Origin: a virus
Taxonomy: Duplodnaviria > Caudoviricetes
Direction: 5' to 3' (one strand)
Length of the DNA: 64,000 bases
IMG/VR virus record: IMGVR_UViG_3300021387_000452
The position numbers and the translations under genes are program-made. Below are positions 11,501 to 21,777 of this stretch, in pieces. Every line of letters starts with the position of its first letter. The stretch's first letter is position 1. A model generated the notes under the pieces. The model was not told where the DNA came from. It saw only the letters and a list, made by a program, of their open reading frames with translations, and ran no database searches.

Positions 11501-14500
11501 AGTCCTAAATTAATTGTTACATTTGAGGAAGCATTTGCTGTAAATGTCTTAGAACCTGTATCATCAGTGCCGCCTTTATTTATTGTTAGTGAAGCATTGT
11601 TTACTGTAGGAATCGTTGGTTTATTACTTAAGTCATTATAAGATCCGCTTGAAGCGACTGTTGAAAGGCCTAAATTAATTGTTTTAGCAGTTGCAGTATT
11701 TGTTGTAAATGAATCACCTGCATCAGAAGTGTTCTTTTTAATTGTTATAGTAGTATCGTTTACAGTTGGAATTGTGGGTTTATTTGATAAATCATTGTAA
11801 CTTCCACTTGTAGCGACAGTAGCTAATCCTAAGTTGCATGTTACATTTGTTGAAGCATTAGCAGTGAATTCTGTCCCAGTATCAGAAGCATTCTTTTTGA
11901 TAGTAAGCTTTGCATTATTAACAGTTGGTATTAAGCCATCAACTTGTGCTTTAGTATAATAGTTGTTTGCATCAAAAATGTCTGAAATTGGAATCTCAAT
12001 GTCTTCTTTACCAGCATCAGTATTAAATGTAATAACAAGATTACCACCAGATACTTCAACTGTGTCAACCATGCCGTCTTTAATAAATGCAGATGCATCT
12101 ATATCAGTGTTTAGTTTAGTACCTGAGGGATTATAGAATTCAATTTTCTTTGATGTTGAATTATACTGCGCTGACGCAACTACACTACTTAATGACTGAT
12201 GAGATGTTAAATAACCTGCATCATTATTAAAAGCGCTAACATTGGTAGGAATAGAAGCGCTAGTAATATAAGCGCTTGAGTCCAATGACCCGTCTGCTTT
12301 CAAAAATTGAGAGGATGTACCTCCAGATACAATAAATTTAGTGCCTGTTAAATCGTGATATAATGTCTGAGCAACTGTTTTATTAAACACAGACATTTGC
12401 TGTAGTGTACCACGAGTCTGATAAAATGCAACCTCAGTTACATTAGCTGTAACACTGTCTTTGGCGTTTACTGTAATTTCAACTTGAGTTACACCATAAA
12501 AACTAGTATTTACACCACGATATAAAGCCTGATTACTATTCTTACATACATTAGTTAAAGTAACATCATGCCATCCAGGATTCTGAGTCCAGTCAGAATA
12601 AACGCGGCATGTAACAGATTCAGGTACATTAGTATAATAAAAAGCTACTTCAAGATAGCCATAAGGGTACCCGCCACCCCACATCTTTGTATTATTTTTA
12701 CCAGCTATAAGTATAACGCCAGAGCCACTTTTAGGTACTACAACATTTGTTTCAAATGAACCATCAAATAATGAAGCTGAAGCATTGTTATTGCTAAATC
12801 CAGTTAACGTTACATCATATCGTTTATTTGCAGCCCATAGAGTATTATGTATTTCATACTGCCATAGTCTTCTATTATCAAAGCCATTTATAGTTGAGAT
12901 AACTTCACTATAAGGTACATAATTATTTAATTTCCTAGTGGATCCATCTAACACATCATCTAAATTTAATGTAATATCAGATGAAAGCGCTTTATTGTTT
13001 ACTTTTCTTGTTGTAGGAATATAATTTGATAGTTTTCGTGTAGAACCATCTGTGACTTCATCTAAAGTATAAGAAGGCTTAGTTGCTTGTTTAGCCCACG
13101 CTGGAACAGTGGGATCTGTTTCAGTATAAGACGTCAAATACCCAGCATCATTATTAAAAGCACTTACATTTGTTGGAATATCTTCTTCTGTGATAAACCC
13201 AGAGTCATTTGTTAAATCTGATGTTTTAGATGGTAAAACAACACCAGACCATAACTTAATGCCGTTGCCATCATGATAATACACTGGATGATTTTGGAAA
13301 AGTTCAACTGCTGTTGCAGATGTAGCTGTACCTAAAAAGATATAAATATTGCCATCACTTGATGCTGGTAAATCTTGAACAGTTGGATTTGTTGCATCAA
13401 TTATAGCAGAGCCATCTGTCTGCGGAGCGCATTTTACATATACTGGTTTTTCAGCTGTTAGCGCAAGAGTACCGCCATTTACATTAAATGAATAACCTAG
13501 TGCTAAATTATACTGATCCCATATAGTTGTAGCAGCTAAATTAGCGCCTACTGCATAATTTGTATTTGCAGATGTGTAGACAATTCTGCCAAATGGATTA
13601 ATTGGTCTTTGATTTACTGCTCTTGCTGTAGTAGTATCATTAGTAGAATTTACGGATGCAGGTACCCATAAGTTACAGTTCGCTGATGTAAAGTATAATT
13701 TATAGTATCTTGCTGTATCAGATACATTCATTACAGTTGAATTAGTTCTTAACTGATAACCAACTGAATTTGTATTTGAATCGTATCCTCTATAGCAAAT
13801 CCAACAACCACCTGATACTCTAGTGCTATCATACACAAATAGCATTGTATATGCTGCACTGAAGATTGTAGTGTCACGTGTAGAAGCAGCTAAATTTGTA
13901 TAACATGGCTTAGCGCCTAAGCCATTTACATTAAGAGTAAATCCTGACGCTGACGATACTACGCCATTTTTAACCATACATGTAACGCCATCCTCAAGCT
14001 TATATATGCCTGGAACAGTGACCGTAAACTTTGTAGATGTAGATGTAGAGTCACAAATTCCAAATGGAATGCCAGTAGTCTTGATTACATTGTTAGATAG
14101 AGAAATGCCATCGCCGGCTGTGTATGAAACATCTGATATAAGGTCATCTACTTGAGTCTTACTATAAACTGAATAGTTATCATCTGCATTAGTATCTGGA
14201 TTTTCTATATGAAGAACTCCATCAGTATTATGAGCAGCATTACTATAACCAGACTGAACTGTGGCAAACAAAAATCCATTCGTAAATACAGAAAAGTCAA
14301 ACGGGAGCAAAACGTTTAATACTCCAGCAGTCTTAAGTATAAAAGACTCTTCCTGAGAATAGCCAGCTACAACTTTCTTAGTACTACCAGACAGCGTGTA
14401 AAATAGTATAGTTCTAATTGCATAGACGTTAGAAGATGTATCAATTACTCTTACACTGCCAGAGTTTTTGTTTATACTACCACATGCATCAATATCAAGC

Positions 14501-14625
14501 ACAGCTTGTGATAAATCTGCTGAGTCGATATTGTTGACATATTCTGATATTAAAATAATACCGTCTATAGTTACTTGTGATGAAGCAACAGACTGACCAT
14601 AAGTAGTTAGTTCAGCTATAAACAT
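8542..14625 (-). CDS. long tail fibre protein
   Basis: 2027 aa, Ser/Thr/Asn-rich; fibre repeats (ATSGSYNDLSNKPTIP, SAFNNDAGYLTS, ETDPTVPAWAK, YDLGSSSYRW); adjacent chaperone gene. Confidence 0.88.
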   Translation of the reverse strand: MFIAELTTYGQSVASSQVTIDGIILISEYVNNIDSADLSQAVLDIDACGSINKNSGSVRVIDTSSNVYAIRTILFYTLSGSTKKVVAGYSQEESFILKTAGVLNVLLPFDFSVFTNGFLFATVQSGYSNAAHNTDGVLHIENPDTNADDNYSVYSKTQVDDLISDVSYTAGDGISLSNNVIKTTGIPFGICDSTSTSTKFTVTVPGIYKLEDGVTCMVKNGVVSSASGFTLNVNGLGAKPCYTNLAASTRDTTIFSAAYTMLFVYDSTRVSGGCWICYRGYDSNTNSVGYQLRTNSTVMNVSDTARYYKLYFTSANCNLWVPASVNSTNDTTTARAVNQRPINPFGRIVYTSANTNYAVGANLAATTIWDQYNLALGYSFNVNGGTLALTAEKPVYVKCAPQTDGSAIIDATNPTVQDLPASSDGNIYIFLGTATSATAVELFQNHPVYYHDGNGIKLWSGVVLPSKTSDLTNDSGFITEEDIPTNVSAFNNDAGYLTSYTETDPTVPAWAKQATKPSYTLDEVTDGSTRKLSNYIPTTRKVNNKALSSDITLNLDDVLDGSTRKLNNYVPYSEVISTINGFDNRRLWQYEIHNTLWAANKRYDVTLTGFSNNNASASLFDGSFETNVVVPKSGSGVILIAGKNNTKMWGGGYPYGYLEVAFYYTNVPESVTCRVYSDWTQNPGWHDVTLTNVCKNSNQALYRGVNTSFYGVTQVEITVNAKDSVTANVTEVAFYQTRGTLQQMSVFNKTVAQTLYHDLTGTKFIVSGGTSSQFLKADGSLDSSAYITSASIPTNVSAFNNDAGYLTSHQSLSSVVASAQYNSTSKKIEFYNPSGTKLNTDIDASAFIKDGMVDTVEVSGGNLVITFNTDAGKEDIEIPISDIFDANNYYTKAQVDGLIPTVNNAKLTIKKNASDTGTEFTANASTNVTCNLGLATVATSGSYNDLSNKPTIPTVNDTTITIKKNTSDAGDSFTTNTATAKTINLGLSTVASSGSYNDLSNKPTIPTVNNASLTINKGGTDDTGSKTFTANASSNVTINLGLSTVASSGSYNDLSNKPTIPTVNNSTITIKKNSDDTGDSFTTNASSGKTINLGLATVATSGSYNDLSNKPTIPTVNNATLTIQKNGTTVKTFTANASSNVTANITVPLESISVDGTAQTITDKNVDLHIPDDVTSYEVLGSFYRNNVSGSGNISIPAANCKGLFPSMPTAGTYRVRVQMYSSTASYTLNVSYGSGNSYSLTSSGGIINDERTLTIAAGSSWSATLVSSVGANTVIIVRVYKTSSSVVTEVGAAAVSNSYFDLDDIPAGVSYFTNDANYVTSSRKINNKALSSDITLTLDDVADGSTRAIPAKTTARSDGKYLYNGQTVDTMIGNFGISNSANLLNTSGVTSYVAVRSDASNPLIGLKCGTNLWYCQASQDKFYFGPTSAKALMMDQNGNGTFRSGSCTAAGFKYVNGTTTGTSSDFLKADGTIDSTVYLTSADLPTNYVTTNTAQTISGNKTFTGTLTGNLTGNADSASKLKLLGNSTDESYPVVFAESINSSTSSPASKSIYTDTVNSLKYNPSTNTLTTDTFSGSLELLNSGKYIKLTNADFGYTKISPSFTASPDTSNVYIETFDSSKVRVSSLAISSTIATDSYGYIIPYSGNWYIGNSNKHFHGAYIDNLYVTSNGTLLSTYIAGIQVTNATNLSYSSTAKLTATSSQVTAKDDIIPNTDPTTSSTGYDLGSSSYRWRYVYSNFFLGSPVIPYGTASWDSTNSYWNVSSISPAVNFVHSGMIIAIYFNASNTHSSPKLKLPNITDYSMTRDGGNPIGTTVNTSWASGATVLFRYVGSGWRMISTNSYSASTVSGNTNIIPSSDNSYDLGSTSYKWQNLYISGGNSNNHYIAIDNTGGEPTIRPEKSNYCYLGTSSYRWYKGYINSVFLKYDINIYLIRINAQSTNSSYYQVINRGEDLSVSGTSYYTVNSVKILRMYNSGSTIYGVDPTSGYKDTTSQTAPSNLTGSIRLLTQVYINSTSAANYIALAIIS
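11200..11920 (-). repeat. tandem ~55-aa (165-bp) repeats in tail fibre shaft
   Basis: Four to five copies of TVNNxxLTIxKN...FTxNAS...NLGLxTVAxSGSYNDLSNKPTIP; 11438-11518 and 11603-11683 are identical over 81 bp except one base. Confidence 0.9.
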
Positions 14626-14701
14626 TCGAATTACCTCATAAGACGGATAATGAAAATAACGTACATAAATATATGTATTTGATATATGAGATCATACTAC
14701 A

Positions 14702-14727
14702 AAACCCTCAAGAAGTCTTGAGGGTTT
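14702..14727 (-). terminator. terminator
   Basis: AAACCCTCAAGA-AG-TCTTGAGGGTTT hairpin after ORF 14734-17337. Confidence 0.75.
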
Positions 14728-14733
14728 GTCTAA

Positions 14734-17337
14734 TTAAGCTGAATATGTATTATCAACCTTTTGTGCAAGCACCAGACAAGGCTCTGTAGCTGTTCGTTTC
14801 ATTGCTACAGAAAGAAGCTTCCATTTACCAGATAGCGCTTCATTTGTTGCTACTGCTTTATATGAAATCTGACCTGAAATAGGAAGTGACATACCAACTG
14901 GTTTTAGATATGCTCCATTAACAAATTCACCATAAGATTTTTGATTACCAACTTCAGTATATAAGAACAATCCAATTGAGCCAACTGCATTCTCTGACGA
15001 AATTGATTTTACCTTATTATTTACATAATCTACAGTGGTTAGTCTACCATCTTCAAGTAAAGCGCCATTGATGTCTAAATAGCTGGCAACAAAGCTTCCG
15101 CCTACATCTGGAATTGGCTGATCATCTATTGTTGAATTAAAATAAATAGAGTGAACACCATTATCTATGCTTGCGCGTCCCGGTCCATTAAGAGTAATAC
15201 TAGCTACAGTATTAGCACCACTCTTTTGCTGAATGTAAAAGGTGCTTTCACCTGGAGAACCAGTGGTTAATCTGTAACTATATGGATCTCCAGACGTATT
15301 AACATAAGAACCTATAATTTCAAACCCATTTATTGAAACATTATCAACATCAAGTGAACCAGTAATGTCTACGTCACCAGTGATACTCAGGTCTGATGAT
15401 ATATTCTGAACTGTAGAAGATGTCTTCTTTACATATGCAGACATATCTCCAGTATATGATGATAAATAGTCAACTGTAACTAATCTACCGTCAACAGCTG
15501 CCTGCATACCTGCATCAGAATAATCAGCTACAGCTGAGCCATAGGCGTTCTCACCTGATAAAACAAGGAAGTCAATTGTGGCTGACTGACTAGATGGAGA
15601 ACCACTTAACTTAATTAATGGGTATTCTTCATTGTTATTATAATCGTCTAGCAATATTGCAGCTTTTCTACCATCTTCAGCAGAAATCCAAAGCTGACCG
15701 TTTGCAGTTAAATTCCCTGTAGTATATGTAAATGTTTCGGCTCTTGAGCTTGAATGATGGGCTGCAGTTTTTATAACAATCTCTGACTGTATTGTCTGTC
15801 TTGAAGATGACTGTAACTTTACATAATCACCGCTTGCGGTAGTGATTTGATTTGTAACATAAGTAGCAACTGCCGCGCTTGAAGGTATTTCATCTTGCTT
15901 TGTTGAATCTACTGTTTGTTTTATTTGTGAATCTTCTACAAATAACGAATCAGCTTCAGACTTAGTATATGAATCTTGACCGTATTTGCCAATGTATGTC
16001 CAAGTTTTAGGACTAGTTGATGTCAAGTTATATACTGTTGATGCGCCATCATGAGTCTCATCTGCTAAAACTTGTACTTTATCTCCAACTTGAAGATTAG
16101 TTATACCTAATGTATCAAGCGCTGACTTTGTAGCGACAATATCAGCTAAATTCTGACCTGCATTTAAAGCATCAATCTGAGATTGTAATCCACTATCGGC
16201 TGTTTGAAATGCAGTCGTTACAGCTGAATCACCAGCAGAGATTGCTGATCTTACTGTAGCTACAGTTGGAATCTTTGCATTATTGCTTGAGTTAGACCAA
16301 GTGTTAGCTGCATAAGTAGAATAAACACCAGTGCCTATATATGAAGGAGATGAAACGCTAGTGCTAAATACTGTAGCTGCTGAAAATGTCTTTGCCCCAG
16401 TAACTGTTTCAGCCCCATCAATATGAACGTAGTTACCATCTATAGATGATAATTTATTTGTAACGTATGTATCAACAGCTGCACCAGATACTAGCTTATT
16501 TGTTGGATTGCTTGTTGTAGTCTCTGTTACAGAGTTTGAGTACAGCTCTGATATGTAATCTTCATTAACTAATGTCTGAGAACCAACTAAAGAGCCAGAA
16601 GAAATTGTTGGATAACTCGTTACTACGCTACCTATAATATATGTACCATTACCACCAGTTGGGCCGTCTATATATAAGTATGTAACATTGTCTACTGAAT
16701 TATATTGCGTATGAAATGTTACAGCAGTTTGTTCTTCAGTGTAATCGTCTACTATGGAAAGATGACTAACTGTTGTTGAGCCCTCTACTGGCTCACCAGA
16801 TGAAACGTTCCATGGAACGTATTTATTAGAACCGTCAATCCCAGCTTCAATAAGAGCTTCAACATCTGCTGCTGAGTATACTGTTCTATCTTTATGCGTC
16901 TCATCTGAAGATACTGCCAATCTAATAACACCGTCCCGCGTCTTTGAAGCGTATGGTATATTTATATTGGTATTTTGAAATGCACATTTACTTGCGCCAG
17001 CAAACTGGCATGAAATTCTAAAGCAAGCTGGCTTACCATTAACTTTTGTAATTGAAACTGCTTCTGAATTTGCTAATACTGTGTTGCCAGACTTTAAAGA
17101 TATTTGCTGTATAGTATATGAATTACTAGTAACTGTATCATCAAATACAACTACTACATAATCACCAACGTCTGAGTCAGCTGCTACTACAGCGCCGGCA
17201 AAATTTGTAACTGGACTAACGCTAGAGAAGCTGCCAGTACCGCTTAAAACTATTGAATCAATTAGAACTGGATTTGATCCAGGAGTAGCTGCGTTTAATA
17301 AACTCTGACCAGCTGTTGTTACATTAAAAGTAAGCAT
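14734..17337 (-). CDS. tail fibre / baseplate-attached fibre protein
   Basis: 867 aa; N-terminal VTTAGQSLLNAA fibre-attachment-like start, ETVTGAKTF and DGRLVTVDY repeats; C-terminal domain shared with 17370-18245. Confidence 0.75.
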   Translation of the reverse strand: MLTFNVTTAGQSLLNAATPGSNPVLIDSIVLSGTGSFSSVSPVTNFAGAVVAADSDVGDYVVVVFDDTVTSNSYTIQQISLKSGNTVLANSEAVSITKVNGKPACFRISCQFAGASKCAFQNTNINIPYASKTRDGVIRLAVSSDETHKDRTVYSAADVEALIEAGIDGSNKYVPWNVSSGEPVEGSTTVSHLSIVDDYTEEQTAVTFHTQYNSVDNVTYLYIDGPTGGNGTYIIGSVVTSYPTISSGSLVGSQTLVNEDYISELYSNSVTETTTSNPTNKLVSGAAVDTYVTNKLSSIDGNYVHIDGAETVTGAKTFSAATVFSTSVSSPSYIGTGVYSTYAANTWSNSSNNAKIPTVATVRSAISAGDSAVTTAFQTADSGLQSQIDALNAGQNLADIVATKSALDTLGITNLQVGDKVQVLADETHDGASTVYNLTSTSPKTWTYIGKYGQDSYTKSEADSLFVEDSQIKQTVDSTKQDEIPSSAAVATYVTNQITTASGDYVKLQSSSRQTIQSEIVIKTAAHHSSSRAETFTYTTGNLTANGQLWISAEDGRKAAILLDDYNNNEEYPLIKLSGSPSSQSATIDFLVLSGENAYGSAVADYSDAGMQAAVDGRLVTVDYLSSYTGDMSAYVKKTSSTVQNISSDLSITGDVDITGSLDVDNVSINGFEIIGSYVNTSGDPYSYRLTTGSPGESTFYIQQKSGANTVASITLNGPGRASIDNGVHSIYFNSTIDDQPIPDVGGSFVASYLDINGALLEDGRLTTVDYVNNKVKSISSENAVGSIGLFLYTEVGNQKSYGEFVNGAYLKPVGMSLPISGQISYKAVATNEALSGKWKLLSVAMKRTATEPCLVLAQKVDNTYSA

Positions 17338-17369
17338 ATCACCTCCACGGTATATAAGTAAACTGCCTA

Positions 17370-18245
17370 TTATAAATCAAACATATCTACTGATGAACTA
17401 GAATTTGGTGCTGTGGATGAAGTTGTAGAATTAGTTGAGCTGTCATCTTCATTTGGTGGAGCATCATAAATCTTTGTGGCAAATACAATACATGGTTTTG
17501 TAGGAGATGTCTCAGCAGTCTCTGTTAATATCTTCCACGTACCTGTAAGTTCTATTGAATGCCGCTGGCAAGATAGATCCCCTGACAAAGGCATGTTCAA
17601 ACTAATTGGCTGAAGTCTACTACCATCAACAAGAGTGCCATAACTTGTTGGCCTCCCAGTTACTGAATAATATAAAAAGAGTCCAGTGGCGCCTACGGTG
17701 TTTATATCACCACTAACATCATGATCATACTCTGGTGCATCATAATACCAGTGAGCTGTATCTACATCCCAGTACCTATCTGTAGGATGATCTGGATTAT
17801 ACCAACATTTGATAATGTCATTCTTTACAAAGTAAACAGTAGAAGGAGTAAGTGTAATCCCAAAATTATTGTGCATAACGTCATATGATGTTAGCGCGCC
17901 ATTATAGTCATACATCTCGCTTGTCTGTCTTTTATATGCATCCAATTGAAGAAGCTGACCAATTAAGTACACATTGAATTTAGTGCTTAGCTTTATCCAA
18001 TATGGAAGATCATTTAATGTATACCATTCACCAGTTCTGTCATCTTCAGTCGGCTCTGGATAAATTAACCAGTAATCATGATTTCCAGAATCATTTTCAA
18101 TCCAACCGTCATGCGGATGAAGTGAATTATCATACACTTGAGTTGGAGTAGATGGCGTTAGGGTTATACCATAGTGATCATGAAGATAATCAAATTCACG
18201 CCATTCTCCATTGTAGAAATAAACTCTAATGTTATCATCAGCCAT
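17370..18245 (-). CDS. putative tail-associated protein
   Basis: Two internal YNG...YGITLTPST repeats; C-terminal VGATGLFLY...SYGTLVDGSRLQPI...LTGTWKIL...PCIVFATK domain homologous to the C-terminus of 14734-17337. Confidence 0.7.
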   Translation of the reverse strand: MADDNIRVYFYNGEWREFDYLHDHYGITLTPSTPTQVYDNSLHPHDGWIENDSGNHDYWLIYPEPTEDDRTGEWYTLNDLPYWIKLSTKFNVYLIGQLLQLDAYKRQTSEMYDYNGALTSYDVMHNNFGITLTPSTVYFVKNDIIKCWYNPDHPTDRYWDVDTAHWYYDAPEYDHDVSGDINTVGATGLFLYYSVTGRPTSYGTLVDGSRLQPISLNMPLSGDLSCQRHSIELTGTWKILTETAETSPTKPCIVFATKIYDAPPNEDDSSTNSTTSSTAPNSSSSVDMFDL

Positions 18246-18265
18246 AGTATAACCTTTAATAAATA

Positions 18266-19390
18266 TTAGCCATTAAAGGCACCGTTTGATGGATCCCATC
18301 CTAGTGCAATGCCGTTCCCAATATATACAAAATTACCATCATCAAAAGTTTGACCAACTGTATAAGCGTCTAATACACTCCTTATAAAATTTGTATCTAA
18401 ATAACCTTTTAAACCGTCACCTTGAACAATATAATGTGTAGTTGGATCAGGAGACATTACACCGCATGATATAGCAACCCATCTATTAAAACCTGCAATA
18501 GAGCTATTCGAAATAAGGGAAGTTAATAGCTGACTATCTGATGTAAAGAATATACCATGACCATTTGACGAGTGTAAATGATTACCTATTGCATTAAATA
18601 AGTCTACTCTATTATACTGATTATAATAAGAATTGCTTATTGATCTCCAAAATTCGTAACCCCAACTGTTATTACCATCATCATGAGCCTCTGAGTAGTA
18701 TTGGTATACTAGATGCTTGCTCAACATTTTTGCTGTTGGGGCGTTATCCATCGTTGGGTGAGCTAATGTTTCTATAACTGGGCCAACAAACCACATACTT
18801 CCCATTCTGTTTTCTTTATTTATTCTAAAAACAACAGTTCTACCGTCTGTAATAATCTGAGCATGATATGTAGTGCTTCCAGTATTGTTATATGCAACAG
18901 ACCAGCTGTTATGTGATCCGCTAGTTAACTCAGAGCCATGTATTTTTGTAGCATCACTAACTAAAAATCCCTCTTCTGTAGGATTACTACCGTATGACTG
19001 AGCACTACCTGCTGGGATCATGCTGCAAAATAAACCAACTGTCGTACCGCTGGCATTTGATTCTGAGTACGGATATCCAAAAGGTACCCCTGGATTATAG
19101 CCATTTATGCTGTAGCCAATCATTAATTTTTCACATGGTTCTACACCATTATTATTTTTAAAGAATAGAAAATAAGTTCCAATATAACCACTACCACCAA
19201 TTAAGTAAGTCTGATCTTCAGGGTTTGAAGTTTGATTGTGATCTAAATCTAATACCCATCCTGTGTTTGTACTTAATAGTAAATCTGCAAATCTTTGTAA
19301 TATCTCTTGCGCTCTTGTTCTCTTATCTGCATCATTTCCAGCTGACCCAGTACCTAGCCACTTTGTTTGTCTCATTATATAACCACCCAT
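18266..19390 (-). CDS. putative virion structural protein
   Basis: 374-aa ORF with GAGG RBS inside the structural operon. Confidence 0.65.
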   Translation of the reverse strand: MGGYIMRQTKWLGTGSAGNDADKRTRAQEILQRFADLLLSTNTGWVLDLDHNQTSNPEDQTYLIGGSGYIGTYFLFFKNNNGVEPCEKLMIGYSINGYNPGVPFGYPYSESNASGTTVGLFCSMIPAGSAQSYGSNPTEEGFLVSDATKIHGSELTSGSHNSWSVAYNNTGSTTYHAQIITDGRTVVFRINKENRMGSMWFVGPVIETLAHPTMDNAPTAKMLSKHLVYQYYSEAHDDGNNSWGYEFWRSISNSYYNQYNRVDLFNAIGNHLHSSNGHGIFFTSDSQLLTSLISNSSIAGFNRWVAISCGVMSPDPTTHYIVQGDGLKGYLDTNFIRSVLDAYTVGQTFDDGNFVYIGNGIALGWDPSNGAFNG

Positions 19391-19398
19391 ATGTCACC

Positions 19399-21726
19399 TC
19401 AATCTTTATCAAAAATTATTTCAATGCTAATATTACGATTAGCTTTATTACCTCTAAGTCTTATAGTGCCACCGTACATCTGGTAATTAGTCTCAGTGTC
19501 TGGCTTATCTGGAAACTCTGGTTCTTGAGTTGGAGTGTATGATTTATTATAAACTTTTAATCTATCACCATGAACTTCTGGAGTATCAGTAAAAGGTAAA
19601 TCATTATATTTCATATCATCCAATGAAGCGTTGCCTATGAGTGTATTATCATTCATCGTAATGATATGATTTGCGTAATTGCCAAACTTACGAATAGTTC
19701 CGCCATACATCTGCTCTGAAGATTCACCAGATTTAATTGGGAAATCAACACTGCGCTGTTCGTAAGATGAATTCCAGATCTTTAATCTATCACCATGAAC
19801 TTCACAACTGCTCGCAAATGAAACGTCAGCATATTTCATTTGATCAGATTTAAAAGTATTGCATGCTACTGAGAAATCAATATAGCTATTATCATTTACA
19901 CCAAATTTACGAATGGTCCCTAGTAACTTCTGATAAGAAGTTACATATGAATTCTTTTCAAAATCTGGCGCAATAGGTTGAATATATGATGAATCCCAAA
20001 TCTTTATCTGCCCACTATAAATTTCATAATTATCAGTAAAGTTTGTAGTAGGCCAAACTGGAAGGTCAAGCTTCATTGCTCCAGTTGAAACTAAAACTAT
20101 GTAATCGCTCGCTTCTGCTGGAGAGCCAGAATCCGTTGGCATTGACCCACATAAGGCTACTTCTGGAGACTCTGATAACGGTTGCCATATAAGATCTGTA
20201 CTCGTGTTAGTGGTAATTGTGTATAACTGATCAAATCCGCCAATACTCCACTCTAATGGAATCCACGGGTGATTATCTTCATCTCTGTAAACTCCTCTCA
20301 TTCGTGGAAGAATTACAGTATCGCCATAATGGCGTTCAATATTTTTTGGTAATTGAATTTCTAATTCTGGATGAGAATTATTTGTAAATGAAAGAATCAC
20401 TTTCATTTTCTCGCAAAGAATATTTGCAGCAGTGTCTGTTCTTAAAATATATTCTTGACCAAACTGACCAATATCCCATGCGTATGGCGTATACTTAATG
20501 TGATCTTCATCTTCATACTCACCAGTGACTGATGGTAAAGTAACAAGATCACCATTATCAACAGTTCTAGGATCTGGTAATGGAATCTCAAGAGTTTGAT
20601 AGTATGCATTTACAAATGAAAGTGTAACTTTTACTTTCTCACACTCAAGATCTGCTACAGTGTTTTCATTCAAGACGAATGTAGAATTAAATTCACCGAT
20701 GTTCCATCTTGTAGCAACCCATCTAATTGAATTAGCATCTGTGTAAACACCAGTGATCTCTGGTAAAACTATCTCTGATCCAATCGAAACCTCTATATCT
20801 TCTGGAAGAGTAATCGGCAAATCTGAATGAGAGGTATTAGTAAACGAGAGAGTTGCTGAGCTTGGTAGATATTTCCAGGGAAGATGTAAAGGTGTTTCAC
20901 ATAGCCACATATCTGCTACGCCTTCTACAAATATGTAACCAAGCTCTAAAAGATCATCTTTACTTATCCAAATTTCTGTTACTTCTGGAATGCAATACTC
21001 ATCTGAGTATGAATCATAATATGTACCATAGACTTCATCGTCTTTAAGTACATATACGTTTTCTCTTATGACCCCATAGTTATCATGAGTGTAAAATTCA
21101 CTTCTACTAATAAATGAATCGTCAATATAGAAATAATCAGCTGCTTCATTCTCATATATCTGAGAAGATTCTGTAGCTGAAGAATCATACATAATGACTT
21201 TTTCATCGCCAATGGAATCTACCCATCTATGAAACCCATCTCTATCATCAAAATATTTACTTGTAGTTGAATCAAACCATACTATAGGTAGCCCAGAGCT
21301 ATCTAGAATGATGTTTTCGCATTCGTATGAAGTTATACCATATTTCTCATAAGCATCACTTAGAGTTCTAATAAGTGAATTATAGAATAAGTAATTTGGA
21401 GTCGACTCTGTAATACTTGCAATATAGCATCTATAATCAGCTGAAGATTCTCCACGATAGAATGTCTTATTTCTTACTTTCTTATAAAGATTAAGATCAG
21501 CAAAGTCTACTACCCAAGTGTGGTTATCACTATCATAGTATGTGTTATCTCCAGAATCTTGTTTAATAACTACACTATCATTACTGACTGAATAAAATGT
21601 AACTAGTCTCTGTGGTAGTAGTGAGTAGCCTAAACTGTGAGCCTGCTCATACGTAAGCCAACTACCTTCTATGTAAAACATTCTATCTGGCATATCGTCT
21701 GAGCCCTGTGCAAAAGTAAAAGCCAA
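19399..21726 (-). CDS. modular repeat-containing putative virion protein
   Basis: Three ~74-aa TLSFxN...LP...G..Y.D...W.IG.F repeats (InlB-B/Listeria-Bacteroides repeat-like) and three C-terminal EVHGDRLKIW...GTIRKFG repeats; likely start at the MPDRMF ATG. Confidence 0.7.
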   Translation of the reverse strand: MAFTFAQGSDDMPDRMFYIEGSWLTYEQAHSLGYSLLPQRLVTFYSVSNDSVVIKQDSGDNTYYDSDNHTWVVDFADLNLYKKVRNKTFYRGESSADYRCYIASITESTPNYLFYNSLIRTLSDAYEKYGITSYECENIILDSSGLPIVWFDSTTSKYFDDRDGFHRWVDSIGDEKVIMYDSSATESSQIYENEAADYFYIDDSFISRSEFYTHDNYGVIRENVYVLKDDEVYGTYYDSYSDEYCIPEVTEIWISKDDLLELGYIFVEGVADMWLCETPLHLPWKYLPSSATLSFTNTSHSDLPITLPEDIEVSIGSEIVLPEITGVYTDANSIRWVATRWNIGEFNSTFVLNENTVADLECEKVKVTLSFVNAYYQTLEIPLPDPRTVDNGDLVTLPSVTGEYEDEDHIKYTPYAWDIGQFGQEYILRTDTAANILCEKMKVILSFTNNSHPELEIQLPKNIERHYGDTVILPRMRGVYRDEDNHPWIPLEWSIGGFDQLYTITTNTSTDLIWQPLSESPEVALCGSMPTDSGSPAEASDYIVLVSTGAMKLDLPVWPTTNFTDNYEIYSGQIKIWDSSYIQPIAPDFEKNSYVTSYQKLLGTIRKFGVNDNSYIDFSVACNTFKSDQMKYADVSFASSCEVHGDRLKIWNSSYEQRSVDFPIKSGESSEQMYGGTIRKFGNYANHIITMNDNTLIGNASLDDMKYNDLPFTDTPEVHGDRLKVYNKSYTPTQEPEFPDKPDTETNYQMYGGTIRLRGNKANRNISIEIIFDKD

Positions 21727-21734
21727 AATACAAC

Positions 21735-21762
21735 TAAAGAGAGACTATGAAGCCTCTCTTTA
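21735..21762 (-). terminator. terminator-like hairpin
   Basis: TAAAGAGAG...CTCTCTTTA stem in the intergenic gap. Confidence 0.55.
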
Positions 21763-21777
21763 TTGATATGTTGCGAG

